A DNA stretch of 64,000 nt. Source: an uncultured Candidatus Saccharibacteria bacterium. Lineage in GTDB: Bacteria > Patescibacteriota > Minisyncoccia > Minisyncoccales > GWA2-38-27. A program made the translations under genes and the position numbers. The stretch lies in contig CAZSQP010000002.1 of NCBI GenBank assembly GCA_964609075.1, forward strand, positions 8,235 through 72,234. The letters run 5' to 3'. The notes under the pieces were generated by a model that was not told the DNA's origin, did not search any database, and saw only the letters and a list, made by a program, of their open reading frames with translations. Shown here one piece after another: positions 35,257-44,757 of this stretch. Position 1 is the stretch's first letter; each line of letters opens with the position of its first letter.

Positions 35257-35801
35257 TGCCAAAACAAAAATTACCCCAAAAAAGAAACTGGTATGTAATT
35301 CACACTTATTCTGGATATGAGGACGCTGTAACCAAAAACTTAAAGCAAAGAGTAGAATCTTTAGGTATGGAGGACAAGATATTCGATGTTATAGTTCCTA
35401 AAGAGAAAAAAATAAAAATAAAAAACGGCAAAAGGAAGGTGGTTGAAGAAAAAATATATCCAGGTTATGTCCTTGTTGAAATGATAGTTACAGATGATTC
35501 TTGGTATGTGGTTAGGAATACGCCCAATGTAACAGGTTTTGTGGGCGTAGGGACTACTCCTGTGCCAATATCAAAAAAAGAGATAGATAGCCTTAAGAAG
35601 AGAATGGGAGTAGAAGAACCCCAGCACAAGATTGAATTTAAAGTAGGGGACTCTGTTAAGATTACAGACGGACCCTTTAAGGATTTTGACGGCAAGGTTT
35701 CTGAAATTGACGAGGAAAAAGGCAAAGTAAAAGTTTTAGTTAACATGTTTGGAAGGGATACTCCTGTTGAACTGGATTCTTTACAAATTAAAAAACTTTA
35801 A
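35256..35801 (+). CDS. nusG: Transcription termination/antitermination factor NusG
   Basis: [18 protein letters not shown] and a KOW motif ([18 protein letters not shown]). Confidence 0.95.
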   Translation: MPKQKLPQKRNWYVIHTYSGYEDAVTKNLKQRVESLGMEDKIFDVIVPKEKKIKIKNGKRKVVEEKIYPGYVLVEMIVTDDSWYVVRNTPNVTGFVGVGTTPVPISKKEIDSLKKRMGVEEPQHKIEFKVGDSVKITDGPFKDFDGKVSEIDEEKGKVKVLVNMFGRDTPVELDSLQIKKL

Positions 35802-35803
35802 TT

Positions 35804-36226
35804 ATGGCAAAGAAAGTAAAATCTGTAGTAAAACTTCAAATAGAAGCTGGCAAAGCTACCCCAGCTCCTCCTGTAGGACCTGCTTTAGCGCCTCACGGAA
35901 TTAACATTTCAGAGTTTTGTCAGAAATTTAATGATGCTACCAAAGAGCAATCAGGTTTTGTAATTCCTGTTGAGATTACAGTATATGAAGACAGAAGCTA
36001 TGATTTTGAATTAAAGCAGCCTCCTGCTTCAGAGCTTTTAAAGAAGGCTTTAAATCTTGAAAAGGGATCTGGTGTTCCCAACAAAGAGAAGGTGGCTAAG
36101 ATCTCTAGGTCTCAACTTGAAGAGATTGCTAAAAGGAAGATGCCTGATCTTAACACTAATGATTTGGATCAAGCAATTAAAATAATCGAGGGAACAGCTA
36201 AAAACATGGGTATTACTATAAAGTAA
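35804..36226 (+). CDS. rplK: 50S ribosomal protein L11
   Basis: [28 protein letters not shown]. 140 aa. Confidence 0.96.
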   Translation: MAKKVKSVVKLQIEAGKATPAPPVGPALAPHGINISEFCQKFNDATKEQSGFVIPVEITVYEDRSYDFELKQPPASELLKKALNLEKGSGVPNKEKVAKISRSQLEEIAKRKMPDLNTNDLDQAIKIIEGTAKNMGITIK

Positions 36227-36239
36227 TACCTTTTTAATT

Positions 36240-36734
36240 ATGGAAAAAGAAAAACACATACGCCCTAATTGGGATCAATATTTTCTAAATTTGTTAGAAC
36301 CTCTTAGTCAAAGAGCAACTTGCGATAGGGGTCGCAATTCAGCTGTTATTGTAAGTCCGGGTAATACTATTTTAGCTACAGGCTATACGGGAGCTCCTCC
36401 CGGCCAGCCTCATTGTGATGATGTCGGGCACATGATGAAGACAGTAATTGATGAGCAGGGAAATAAGTCTCAGCATTGTGTAAGAACTTTACATGCTGAA
36501 GAAAACGCCATCTTGCAATGTGCGAAGGATGGAATAAAGCTTGAAGGGGCTACTATCTATACTAAATTGGTTCCTTGCTACAACTGTGCTATGAGAATAG
36601 TAAGGGTGGGCATAAAGAGAGTAGTGGCTAAAAAGAGATATCATGCAGATAAAATGTCCCTGGACCTATTTAAAAGCGCTGGTATAGAACTGGTTGTTAT
36701 GGATAATACAATTGAAAAATATGATAGGCAATGA
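36240..36734 (+). CDS. dCMP deaminase (cytidine/deoxycytidylate deaminase family)
   Basis: Zinc motifs HAEENAI and PCYNCA, and WDQYFL at the N-terminus (ComEB/dCMP deaminase type). Confidence 0.87.
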   Translation: MEKEKHIRPNWDQYFLNLLEPLSQRATCDRGRNSAVIVSPGNTILATGYTGAPPGQPHCDDVGHMMKTVIDEQGNKSQHCVRTLHAEENAILQCAKDGIKLEGATIYTKLVPCYNCAMRIVRVGIKRVVAKKRYHADKMSLDLFKSAGIELVVMDNTIEKYDRQ

Positions 36735-37360
36735 ACAAGAATCCGCACTCAGGCAAATTTATAGTTTTTGAAGGATTAGATGGTTCCGGTCATACTACTC
36801 AGCTAAATCTTGTACACGATTTTTTATCTAAAAAAAGAATAAATGTTTTAGTTTCAAAAGAACCTACTACTTATACTAAAGCTGGAAAAAAGATAAAAAA
36901 AGTTTTAAATAAAGAAATAGAAATTGATTCTGCAGAACTTCAAGATCTTTTTATTGAAGATAGAAGAGAGAATATGGAAAAAGTAATTGTCCCTGCCTTA
37001 AAAGAAGAAAAATACGTGCTTTTAGATAGGTATTTCTTTTCTACTTTAGCTTATGGAGCAGCTGAGGGACTGAGTTTAGAGAAATTAATTGAAAAAAACA
37101 GTCAGTTTTTAATTCCTGATCTCGCTTTAATTTTTAATGTTTCAGCTAAAACCTGTATTAAAAGGATAGAGAAAAGGGGAACAGAAAAGACCCTATTTGA
37201 AAAAGAGAAACAGTTATCAAAAGTAATGGATTATTACAAGAGATTTCCTTCTTTGTTCGACAATATATTCCTTGTTGACGGAGAAGGATCTATTGAAGAG
37301 GTTTTTGAAAAAGTAAAAAAGGTCGTTCTTTCACAAGTCCTAAACGGAGAGGAGAAGTAA
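36731..37360 (+). CDS. tmk: Thymidylate kinase
   Basis: FIVFEGLDGSGHTTQ P-loop, DRYFFSTLAYG and a LID-like region. Confidence 0.88.
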   Translation: MNKNPHSGKFIVFEGLDGSGHTTQLNLVHDFLSKKRINVLVSKEPTTYTKAGKKIKKVLNKEIEIDSAELQDLFIEDRRENMEKVIVPALKEEKYVLLDRYFFSTLAYGAAEGLSLEKLIEKNSQFLIPDLALIFNVSAKTCIKRIEKRGTEKTLFEKEKQLSKVMDYYKRFPSLFDNIFLVDGEGSIEEVFEKVKKVVLSQVLNGEEK

Positions 37361-37361
37361 A

Positions 37362-38051
37362 ATGGCAGAAGTATTGAAAAATCAGGGGTCTCATAAGATA
37401 TTGTCTATTATGACAGGAGCTGAAGGGGAGAATCCTCTTCAGTTGATTGAAGTGGCAGGAAGGACAGCTTACCAAAGCAGAGACAAGATTACAGACGAAT
37501 CGGCTGTCAAGTTTGTTGAGATGCTTAGAAAGAGAGGCCACGAGTCTGTTATAGAGCATTCTTGTATGACAGTTGAGTTTGATGATGTCTGTCGTGGATT
37601 CACTCATGAGTTAGTTCGCCACAGACTAGCCGGTTACACTCAAGAATCCACGAGATATGTTGACGAAAGCAAGTTTAGAGTTGTTGTTCCTCCAGATAAA
37701 GATCCTGATCAAAAGCTAGTCAGCCTCCATCTTCCAGGTGGCGGAACTGTGATGTGTTCTTTTAGAGATTGGGTTCAAATGAACGAGGAAATGTATAGAG
37801 GTCTTAGAGAAAAAGGATGGGTTCCCCAAGACGCAAGGCAGGTTCTTCCTATCGGCATTAAAGCTCAGATTGTCATTACAGCCAACTTCAGGGAGTGGCG
37901 CCATATTTTCAGTTTGAGATGTGGTTCGGCAGCCCACTGGGAGATAAGAAGGGTAATGGTTAATCTTTTAAGAGACGCTCAAAAAAGGATTCCTGTAATA
38001 TTTGACGATTTTGAGATTTCAGAAGACGGTCAGAGCGCTAAAAAGGTGTGA
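37362..38051 (+). CDS. thyX: Flavin-dependent thymidylate synthase ThyX
   Basis: ThyX motif RHRLAGYTQESTRY (RHRxxSxxxxS-like) plus SVIEHS and NFREWRHIFSLR. Visibly richer in G+C than the flanking genes. Confidence 0.9.
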   Translation: MAEVLKNQGSHKILSIMTGAEGENPLQLIEVAGRTAYQSRDKITDESAVKFVEMLRKRGHESVIEHSCMTVEFDDVCRGFTHELVRHRLAGYTQESTRYVDESKFRVVVPPDKDPDQKLVSLHLPGGGTVMCSFRDWVQMNEEMYRGLREKGWVPQDARQVLPIGIKAQIVITANFREWRHIFSLRCGSAAHWEIRRVMVNLLRDAQKRIPVIFDDFEISEDGQSAKKV

Positions 38052-38109
38052 GAGAGACGATTCAAAGAGCTCTTGGTTAAAACCAGGAGCTTTTATTTTT
38101 AACTCTTTT

Positions 38110-38118
38110 TGCTATAAT
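38110..38118 (+). promoter_or_regulatory. Extended -10 promoter (tgcTATAAT) positioned for a leaderless gatB mRNA
   Basis: TATAAT at 38113-38118 preceded by tg-n. The gatB ATG starts 7 nt after the hexamer and no Shine-Dalgarno is present. Confidence 0.45.
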
Positions 38119-38124
38119 AATTTA

Positions 38125-39582
38125 ATGAAATACACTACAGTCATAGGATTAGAGGTACATATAGAGTTGAATACCAACTCTAAGATGTTTTGTTCCTGTA
38201 AGAATGACTCTGAAGAAAAGAAACCTAATGTTAATATTTGTCCTGTTTGTACAGCTCAGCCAGGTAGCTTGCCCGTAATAAACAAGGAAGCCGTCAGAAA
38301 AGTTATTAAGACAGGATATGCTTTAAACTGTAGTATAGCCTCAGTCTCCAAGTTTGACAGAAAGAACTACTTTTACCCGGATCTTCCCAAAGGATACCAA
38401 ATCTCCCAATATGATATACCCTTATGCAAAGGAGGGTTTTTAGAGGTAGACGGAAGAAAAATAGATATTACCAGAATACATTTGGAAGAAGATACAGGAA
38501 GATTAGTTCATTCTGGAGGAGATTCTTTAGTTGATTTTAACAGAGCAGGAGTTCCTTTAATGGAGCTTGTTACAGAGCCTGATTTAACTTCAGCTGAAGA
38601 AACCAGAAAATTTGCAGAAGAACTTCGCTTAATAGCTAGATACCTTGATATATCCTCAGCTGACATGGAAAAGGGTCAGATGAGAGTTGAAGCTAATATT
38701 TCTTTAAAGTCTGGTAAGAAACAAGGGACTAAAGTTGAGATAAAGAATTTAAACTCTTTTAAGGTTGTAGAAAAGGCTATTGTTTATGAAGAAGAGAGAC
38801 AAAAAAAGTTGTTGGATTCTGGAAAGGAAGTTGTACAGGAGACTAGAGGCTGGGATGATAATAGGGGAGTTACCGTTTCTCAGAGAATTAAAGAAGAAGC
38901 TCATGACTACAGATATTTTCCGGAGCCGGATCTTCCGACTTTAGAGTTTTCAGAAGAATTTTTGAACAAAGTAAAAGCTGAAATACCGGAGCTTCCTAGC
39001 CAGAAGAGAGAAAGATTTAAAAAAGAGTATGGCTTAAATGAGAAAACTGTTGAGATTTTTGTTTTTAATAAGGATTTAGGGGAGTATTTTGAACAAGTAG
39101 TTTCTGAGGTTAAAAACTGGATTAAAGCTATAGAAAGAGATGTTTCTAAAAAAGAAACAGAAAAGTTAATTCAGCTTGCTACAAACTATATTCTCACAGA
39201 CTTACAGGGTTCATTGAAAGGAAAGTCTGTAGAGGATGAAGATTTTCTTATTACCCCCGAGAACTTTGCAGAGTTTATAGTCTTAATATTTGAAGGAAAG
39301 ATATCCAGCAAGATAGCAAAAAAAGTATTGAAAGAGATGTTTTCTACAGGAGCGGATCCTTCTCATATTATAGAAGATAAAGGATTGTCTCAGATTGAAG
39401 ATACAGAGGAGGTAGAAAAAATTGTAAAAGATGTCGTTTCTAGTAATGAGAAAGCTGTGGAAGACTATAAAAAAGGAAAAGAAAACGCCCTTCAGTTTCT
39501 TACAGGGCAAGTAATGGCAGCCACCAAGGGAAGAGCTAAGCCGGATGAGGTTCAGAGTATTTTAAAGAATTTATTAAAATAA
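38125..39582 (+). CDS. gatB: Asp/Glu-tRNA amidotransferase subunit B
   Basis: MKYTTVIGLEVHIELNT, CPVCTAQPGSLPV, KNYFYPDLPKGYQISQ, HLEEDTG and a C-terminal YqeY-like domain. The ORF-track start at 38002 is an upstream extension overlapping thyX. Confidence 0.93.
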   Translation: MKYTTVIGLEVHIELNTNSKMFCSCKNDSEEKKPNVNICPVCTAQPGSLPVINKEAVRKVIKTGYALNCSIASVSKFDRKNYFYPDLPKGYQISQYDIPLCKGGFLEVDGRKIDITRIHLEEDTGRLVHSGGDSLVDFNRAGVPLMELVTEPDLTSAEETRKFAEELRLIARYLDISSADMEKGQMRVEANISLKSGKKQGTKVEIKNLNSFKVVEKAIVYEEERQKKLLDSGKEVVQETRGWDDNRGVTVSQRIKEEAHDYRYFPEPDLPTLEFSEEFLNKVKAEIPELPSQKRERFKKEYGLNEKTVEIFVFNKDLGEYFEQVVSEVKNWIKAIERDVSKKETEKLIQLATNYILTDLQGSLKGKSVEDEDFLITPENFAEFIVLIFEGKISSKIAKKVLKEMFSTGADPSHIIEDKGLSQIEDTEEVEKIVKDVVSSNEKAVEDYKKGKENALQFLTGQVMAATKGRAKPDEVQSILKNLLK

Positions 39583-39590
39583 TAAAAGAA

Positions 39591-39619
39591 AGCCACGTTA
39601 AATTTCAACGTGGCTTTTA
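39591..39619. terminator. Bidirectional hairpin terminator after gatB
   Basis: agccacgtt / aacgtggct 9-bp stem with an A-run upstream and a T-run downstream. Confidence 0.75.
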
Positions 39620-39646
39620 TGACAGAAGTTTTTTAGCTCCTGTCAT

Positions 39647-39844
39647 TTAATAAGAAAGGGGAGCGGTCAGATCATACCCCAAGAGAGTCAGAATCCCAAC
39701 AGGGAGGTAGATAGCAGTCAGGAGGAGAGATCCTGCTGACGTGCTGTCAATTCCTCTTGACTCTTTAATAATGAAGACTGCACCAAGGAGGTGAGCGGAC
39801 CCCATTACCGTAAAGATGATTCCTACAATACTCACGATACTCAT
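39647..39844 (-). CDS. Small two-TM membrane protein, hypothetical
   Basis: 65-aa ORF with two hydrophobic helices and an upstream RBS (aaaaggagaa on the minus strand). No homology recognised. Confidence 0.4.
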   Translation of the reverse strand: MSIVSIVGIIFTVMGSAHLLGAVFIIKESRGIDSTSAGSLLLTAIYLPVGILTLLGYDLTAPLSY

Positions 39845-39906
39845 GACTTTCTCCTTTTATGGTGTGCTATTGACTATTTATATTCTATCATATTTTATAT
39901 TATATG

Positions 39907-40794
39907 TCAATAGTTGAGGAAACTCTTTATTACTCTTTCAGCTTCTTTTTGGTTCTTTATCCAATGAATTCTTTTGTCTTTTTTAAACCAAGTCATCTGT
40001 CTTTTGGCAAAATGCTCTATTTCTTTTTGTAGTTTTTCTATCATTTCCTCTTTTGATATTTTATCTTGGAGATACTGGGCAATATATCTGTATTCTAAAC
40101 CGAAGCCTTCCAGTCTTTTCCAAGAGACTCCTAATTCTCTTAATTTTTTTATTTCAGCTATCATTCCTTTCTTTAGCCTTTTTTTTAATCTTTTTTCTAT
40201 TCTTTTTTTTAACTCTTCTTTTGGTTTTTTAATTCCTAAAATTAAAAAGTTAAAATCTGGTTTTTTCTTTTTAAGCAGGGGAACGGGCTTTTTTGTTTTT
40301 AATATTATCTCTATGGCTCTGATAATCCTCCTTTTATTATTTTTATCTATATTTTTAGCTCTTCTGGGATCTAATTCTTTTAATTGTTTGTAAAGCTCTT
40401 CTTTTGTTTTCTTTTGGAGTTTCTTTCTTAATTCCCAATCAGGCTTTACCTTTGGTATTGATATATTGTCTATTACAGCATAAATGTAAAAAGCTGTTCC
40501 TCCTACTAAAAAAGGAACTTTTCCTCTTTTTTGAATATTTTTTATAGCTTTGAGAGCTTTCTTTTTATACTGAGCTACTGTAAATTTTCTTTTAGGAGAA
40601 GCTATGTTTAAGAGATAGTGGGGGATACCTTCCATTTCTTTTTTAGTTATTTTTCCTGTCCCAATATCCATTCCTTTGTAAACCTGTCTTGAGTCAGCTG
40701 AAACTACTTCTCCTTTGAACTTTTTAGCTAATTTTATAGAGAGGTCTGTTTTTCCTGTAGCTGTGGGGCCTAATATTACGATTAGTTTTTTCAT
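39907..40794 (-). CDS. miaA: tRNA dimethylallyltransferase
   Basis: VILGPTATGKTDLSI P-loop, DSRQVYKGMDIGTGK and GGTAFY. Confidence 0.92.
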   Translation of the reverse strand: MKKLIVILGPTATGKTDLSIKLAKKFKGEVVSADSRQVYKGMDIGTGKITKKEMEGIPHYLLNIASPKRKFTVAQYKKKALKAIKNIQKRGKVPFLVGGTAFYIYAVIDNISIPKVKPDWELRKKLQKKTKEELYKQLKELDPRRAKNIDKNNKRRIIRAIEIILKTKKPVPLLKKKKPDFNFLILGIKKPKEELKKRIEKRLKKRLKKGMIAEIKKLRELGVSWKRLEGFGLEYRYIAQYLQDKISKEEMIEKLQKEIEHFAKRQMTWFKKDKRIHWIKNQKEAERVIKSFLNY

Positions 40795-42032
40795 ATTAAT
40801 TCTCCTTTTAAACCCCAGGGAAGAGCATCTTTTATTTTAACCTTTACAAACTTTCCCAAAAGATCTTTATCAGAAGATACTTTTACTGTTTTATATCTCC
40901 TTGTTTTTCCTATCCAGTCATTCTTTATCTTTCTGTCTATTAAAGCTTTAACTTCTTTTCCTATATATTCTTTATTCTTTTTTAAGGCTGTCTTTTTGAG
41001 AATATTTGTTAAAAACTTTTCTCTTCTATCCTTTTCTTTCTGGGGAACGTTGTCTTCCATTTTAAAAGCTGCTGTCTGGGGTCTTGGAGAATACTTGGCA
41101 ATGTAAACCATATCGTACTCTACTTCCTTTAAGAGTTTTACTGTATTATTAAACTGCTCTTTTGTTTCTCCGGGAAAGCCTACGATAATATCTGTAGAGA
41201 GAGTAATATCTGGTATTTCTTTTCTTATCTTTCGTATTATTTCTTTGTATTTTTCTATGGTGTAAGGGCGATTCATTTTTTTTAGTATTTCATTATCTCC
41301 TGACTGAGCCGGAAGATTAAGGTATTCTGTAACCTTTTCTAATTCTTTGATGGCTTTTACTATATCACTTGAGAAGTCTTTAGGGTTTGAAGAAGTAAAT
41401 CTTATCCAAAAATCACCTGTTATCTTATTTACTTTTTTTAAAAGTTCTGAGAAAGGTATTTTGCTGTATGAGTTAACATTTTGCCCTAAAAGCCATATTT
41501 CTTTATATCCTTTTTCTGCCAGCTCTCTTATTTCAGAGAGTATATCTTTAACAGGTCTTGATACTTCTCTGCCTCTTGTATGGGGAACTACGCAAAAAGA
41601 ACAAAAATTATTACATCCTGTCATTATGGGGATATTAGCTGAGAATTGGTTATCATAGCAGGGCTTTATATCAAGATAATTAGATACTTTAATTAAATCT
41701 TTTCCAGAGACTATCTTTTTTCCTTCTATGATTTCAGGCCATTTTGGCAAACTCATTATGTCTAAGACAAAATCAAAATTTTTAGAAAGCTTTCTTTTGT
41801 CTTTTTCTAGAATACATCCTGTAAGAAGAGATTGTTTATTTTTTAGTTTTGGTACTAATCCATAAACTCTGTCTACAGCAGATTGTCTGACAGAACACAT
41901 ATTTACTATTATCAAATCCGCTTCCTTGATTGTTTGAACGGGCTTGTGTCCTGCCCCTTGAAGGACAGATGAGATTCTTTCAGAGTCTGATCTGTTCATT
42001 TGGCAGCCGAATGTTTTAATCCAGTATTTCAT
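40791..42032 (-). CDS. miaB: tRNA-i6A37 methylthiotransferase (radical SAM, MiaB family)
   Basis: MKYWIKTFGCQMN (UPF0004 domain), CNNFCSFC radical-SAM cluster and a TRAM-like C-terminus. Start moved to the internal Met matching the family N-terminus. Confidence 0.9.
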   Translation of the reverse strand: MKYWIKTFGCQMNRSDSERISSVLQGAGHKPVQTIKEADLIIVNMCSVRQSAVDRVYGLVPKLKNKQSLLTGCILEKDKRKLSKNFDFVLDIMSLPKWPEIIEGKKIVSGKDLIKVSNYLDIKPCYDNQFSANIPIMTGCNNFCSFCVVPHTRGREVSRPVKDILSEIRELAEKGYKEIWLLGQNVNSYSKIPFSELLKKVNKITGDFWIRFTSSNPKDFSSDIVKAIKELEKVTEYLNLPAQSGDNEILKKMNRPYTIEKYKEIIRKIRKEIPDITLSTDIIVGFPGETKEQFNNTVKLLKEVEYDMVYIAKYSPRPQTAAFKMEDNVPQKEKDRREKFLTNILKKTALKKNKEYIGKEVKALIDRKIKNDWIGKTRRYKTVKVSSDKDLLGKFVKVKIKDALPWGLKGELI

Positions 42033-42086
42033 AAAGGTTATTTTACAATAAAAAAACAGCCCCTTCAAGGACTGCTTTTTTAGATA

Positions 42087-43130
42087 TTATTTTGTTTTTT
42101 TCTTGCACTCCCCTTGATAATCTACTTCTACTCCTGCACTTTCGGCATAACAACTATTAGAGTATGTCTTACCATTTTTTCCGCATACAGGGTCCCATAA
42201 GGCTATACAATTATCTTTTGATGATTCTTTTTCAGTGGGAAGATTATTAAATAATCTGTTTTTTATTTTCTGAAGATTATTTTTTATCTTCTCTGGAACT
42301 CCTTCTTCTATCTTTTCTATTATTTCCATTTGTTTTTCTTTATTTCCTGGGATCCGCTCGATATATTCTTGGAGCTTTTCTTTTTCTTGGTCCGAAGCGT
42401 TTTCTAGTCCTTCCTTTATATTTTCTATTAGTTCACCTTGTTTTTCTTGAAATCTTTCTTTTACATTTTCCGGTAATTTCTCTTTTATCCTTTCCATTAT
42501 CTCCAGATTTTTAAGTTCTTCGAAATTATTTTCTCTTTGATTATTAAGAGCGTTTAAGATCATCTCTGGAATATTTTCTTCTTCTTCGATTTTTAACATT
42601 ACATTTTTGAATTTCTCTAAGTGATCCTCTCTAGCTTCCTTTATTTTCTGGGTGGCTTTTTCTGGAGTTTGTCCCTCCAGCTTTTCCAGTAGTTTTTGAT
42701 GAAGTAATTGGTGCTGAGTATATTTATTCAAAAAACTTTTTACCTTATCTTTTTCCTTTATTTTTTCTGCTGCTTGTTCAACTTCTTCTATTTTTTGTTT
42801 GTATTTTTTAGCCGTTTCTTCTATGATTTCTTCTCCCTTTCTTCCTTCTATTAATCCCTTTAGTTCAAGAAGTTTTTCGTTAGCATATTTATTTTCTAAC
42901 TCCAGCTTTTTGGTGTGATTAAAAGTAAAGGAGGAGCGGATCTTTCGACCCCATTCTTTTAGGAAGTAGAAAGGACTATCAGGAAGGATATTAGGTTCTT
43001 CTATATCCAGATCTTCAGCTGTAACTTCAGTATCCTGAATAACTTCATATAATTTTTCTTCTTCAGCTAAGACCGGAGAGCTTACTAAAAGAGTTGATAA
43101 TATTATGAGAGGTATTATTTTAGAGGTCAT
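42087..43130 (-). CDS. Secreted coiled-coil protein with C-terminal Kazal-type domain
   Basis: Signal peptide (IIPLIILSTLLVSSPVLA), a long Glu/Lys-rich helical region, and C-terminal CIALWDPVCGKNGKTYSNSCYAESAGVEVDYQGEC (Kazal Cys pattern with PVCG..TY.N.C). Confidence 0.62.
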   Translation of the reverse strand: MTSKIIPLIILSTLLVSSPVLAEEEKLYEVIQDTEVTAEDLDIEEPNILPDSPFYFLKEWGRKIRSSFTFNHTKKLELENKYANEKLLELKGLIEGRKGEEIIEETAKKYKQKIEEVEQAAEKIKEKDKVKSFLNKYTQHQLLHQKLLEKLEGQTPEKATQKIKEAREDHLEKFKNVMLKIEEEENIPEMILNALNNQRENNFEELKNLEIMERIKEKLPENVKERFQEKQGELIENIKEGLENASDQEKEKLQEYIERIPGNKEKQMEIIEKIEEGVPEKIKNNLQKIKNRLFNNLPTEKESSKDNCIALWDPVCGKNGKTYSNSCYAESAGVEVDYQGECKKKTK

Positions 43131-43134
43131 ATTT

Positions 43135-44757
43135 TTAATGTATTTTTTCTTTTCTTTCTTTTAAAAAGTATCTCCATTGTTCGATGAACTCAATGAAGAT
43201 AGTGAAAGGCATATCTATTAAAGCTGAGAAGAAAGCGGCTATTACGTTATACCTTTTCCATCTGGCTGTAAGCCACTTTCCAAGTTGGACAATAGGAACA
43301 GCAAAAGGGTCAAAGAAGAAGCGAATGATGCTTTCTTTTTCTTCTATTACTTGAAGTTCTTTTGCTCTTTGTCTTATCTTAGCTCCAGCAAAGGCTATTA
43401 AGGAGAGAAAGATTATGAAGATGATATAAGATAGGGGAGGGAAGTTAACTTGATAAAGCCCCCAGATTATGAGTCCTACTACTATAATAAAGCCTAGGGT
43501 GTAAAGGAAACGGATTATGAAATTGATAACAAAGCTTCTTTTGGGAAGGGGTTTTATTTCATAAAACTCTTTCTCTTTTTTGGGATAAACTATTTTCATT
43601 ATCTCTATTATCACCTGGTTGAGATTTTCTCTTTTCGGGGGTTTGATGGTCATTACCAATAGGAACATTAAAAAGGTAGGACCTATAATATCTACTCCTA
43701 TAGCCCAAAAATTAAAGCTTCCTGTTAACAGTTTAGTGGCAGGAATTTCTACGGCTAAAAGAGAAATAATATTAGTCAGGAAAATAGAGAGAGTGGAATA
43801 GGTAGCAGCTCTACCCAGCCTTGATTTTAGAGTTTTAACTCTTTTATTATAAGCTTTTCTGATAGAGCCTTCTAATTTCTCTGGATTTTTTATCTTCTCT
43901 CCTTCTTGAGGTTCTTCTGATAATACGTCTCCTAACAGGAGATAAGGGGTATCATATTTTTCTGTTATCTTGTAAAACTTATCAGAAAGTGGATGATTCA
44001 GCTGGTTTTCGATATCTGCCCAGATAGAGTAAATGTTTTTTGAGATTTCATTTAGTTTTTCTGAGGAAAGATTTTTCCATTCAGGATATTTGTATTTTAT
44101 TAGATGATAACTTATAACTGGGGTATCAAGCTTGAAAAGAGCTCTCTGGACTGCGATGTAGGTCTGAATGTTTTTCTCTTTTTCTGCCACTTCTCTTTTT
44201 AAGACTTTATTACTTACTTTGATTTGATCTTTAATAGATTGAAACATAAAGTCTATTAAAGCTCTTTCTTTAGATGGAGGAGTGAGTATTTCTTCTATTT
44301 CACAAGCGGCAATGGAACAAAGCCAGTTGTATAATTGAAGCTTGGATTTTTCCTTTCCGTTTTTCTTAGAACTGTTGTTTATAATATGAATGTACTTATT
44401 TATAGTTTCTTGAACGTAAGGTATTTTTTGTTCTTCTATCCTGTCATTTGGGAAATGGCCCCCTCTTATTAATTCTAAAACTAAAGGCCTGGCTATTTTC
44501 TGGTCGGAAACATTTCCATTAGTAATATCGACTTCAGAAAAGAATCTTCTTTTTAAAATTCTCTCAATAGCCCTTTTTCTTAAGAGATGTTCTTCTTTCC
44601 AATCTATTATTCCTCTTAATTTTTCATAGAAGGCTGCTACTTTTGAAGCGATTTCGTCTACATGAATAGTAGCAGCTCCCTCTTTGGGCTTTTGGGATTG
44701 CTGCCATCTTTGGTATCTTTGGATCAGCTCTTTTGTTTTAGGAGATAATTCTGTCAT
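43135..44757 (-). CDS. Large hypothetical protein with C-terminal multi-pass membrane domain
   Basis: 540-aa ORF with a soluble N-terminal half and at least 4 predicted TM helices in the C-terminal half. No motif recognised. Confidence 0.5.
   Translation of the reverse strand: MTELSPKTKELIQRYQRWQQSQKPKEGAATIHVDEIASKVAAFYEKLRGIIDWKEEHLLRKRAIERILKRRFFSEVDITNGNVSDQKIARPLVLELIRGGHFPNDRIEEQKIPYVQETINKYIHIINNSSKKNGKEKSKLQLYNWLCSIAACEIEEILTPPSKERALIDFMFQSIKDQIKVSNKVLKREVAEKEKNIQTYIAVQRALFKLDTPVISYHLIKYKYPEWKNLSSEKLNEISKNIYSIWADIENQLNHPLSDKFYKITEKYDTPYLLLGDVLSEEPQEGEKIKNPEKLEGSIRKAYNKRVKTLKSRLGRAATYSTLSIFLTNIISLLAVEIPATKLLTGSFNFWAIGVDIIGPTFLMFLLVMTIKPPKRENLNQVIIEIMKIVYPKKEKEFYEIKPLPKRSFVINFIIRFLYTLGFIIVVGLIIWGLYQVNFPPLSYIIFIIFLSLIAFAGAKIRQRAKELQVIEEKESIIRFFFDPFAVPIVQLGKWLTARWKRYNVIAAFFSALIDMPFTIFIEFIEQWRYFLKERKEKIH

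Noticed and set aside
38002-38124. Upstream extension of the gatB ORF overlapping thyX
   Set aside because: The extension crosses the thyX stop, a terminator hairpin and a -10 box. GatB homology begins at MKYTTVIGLEVH (38125).
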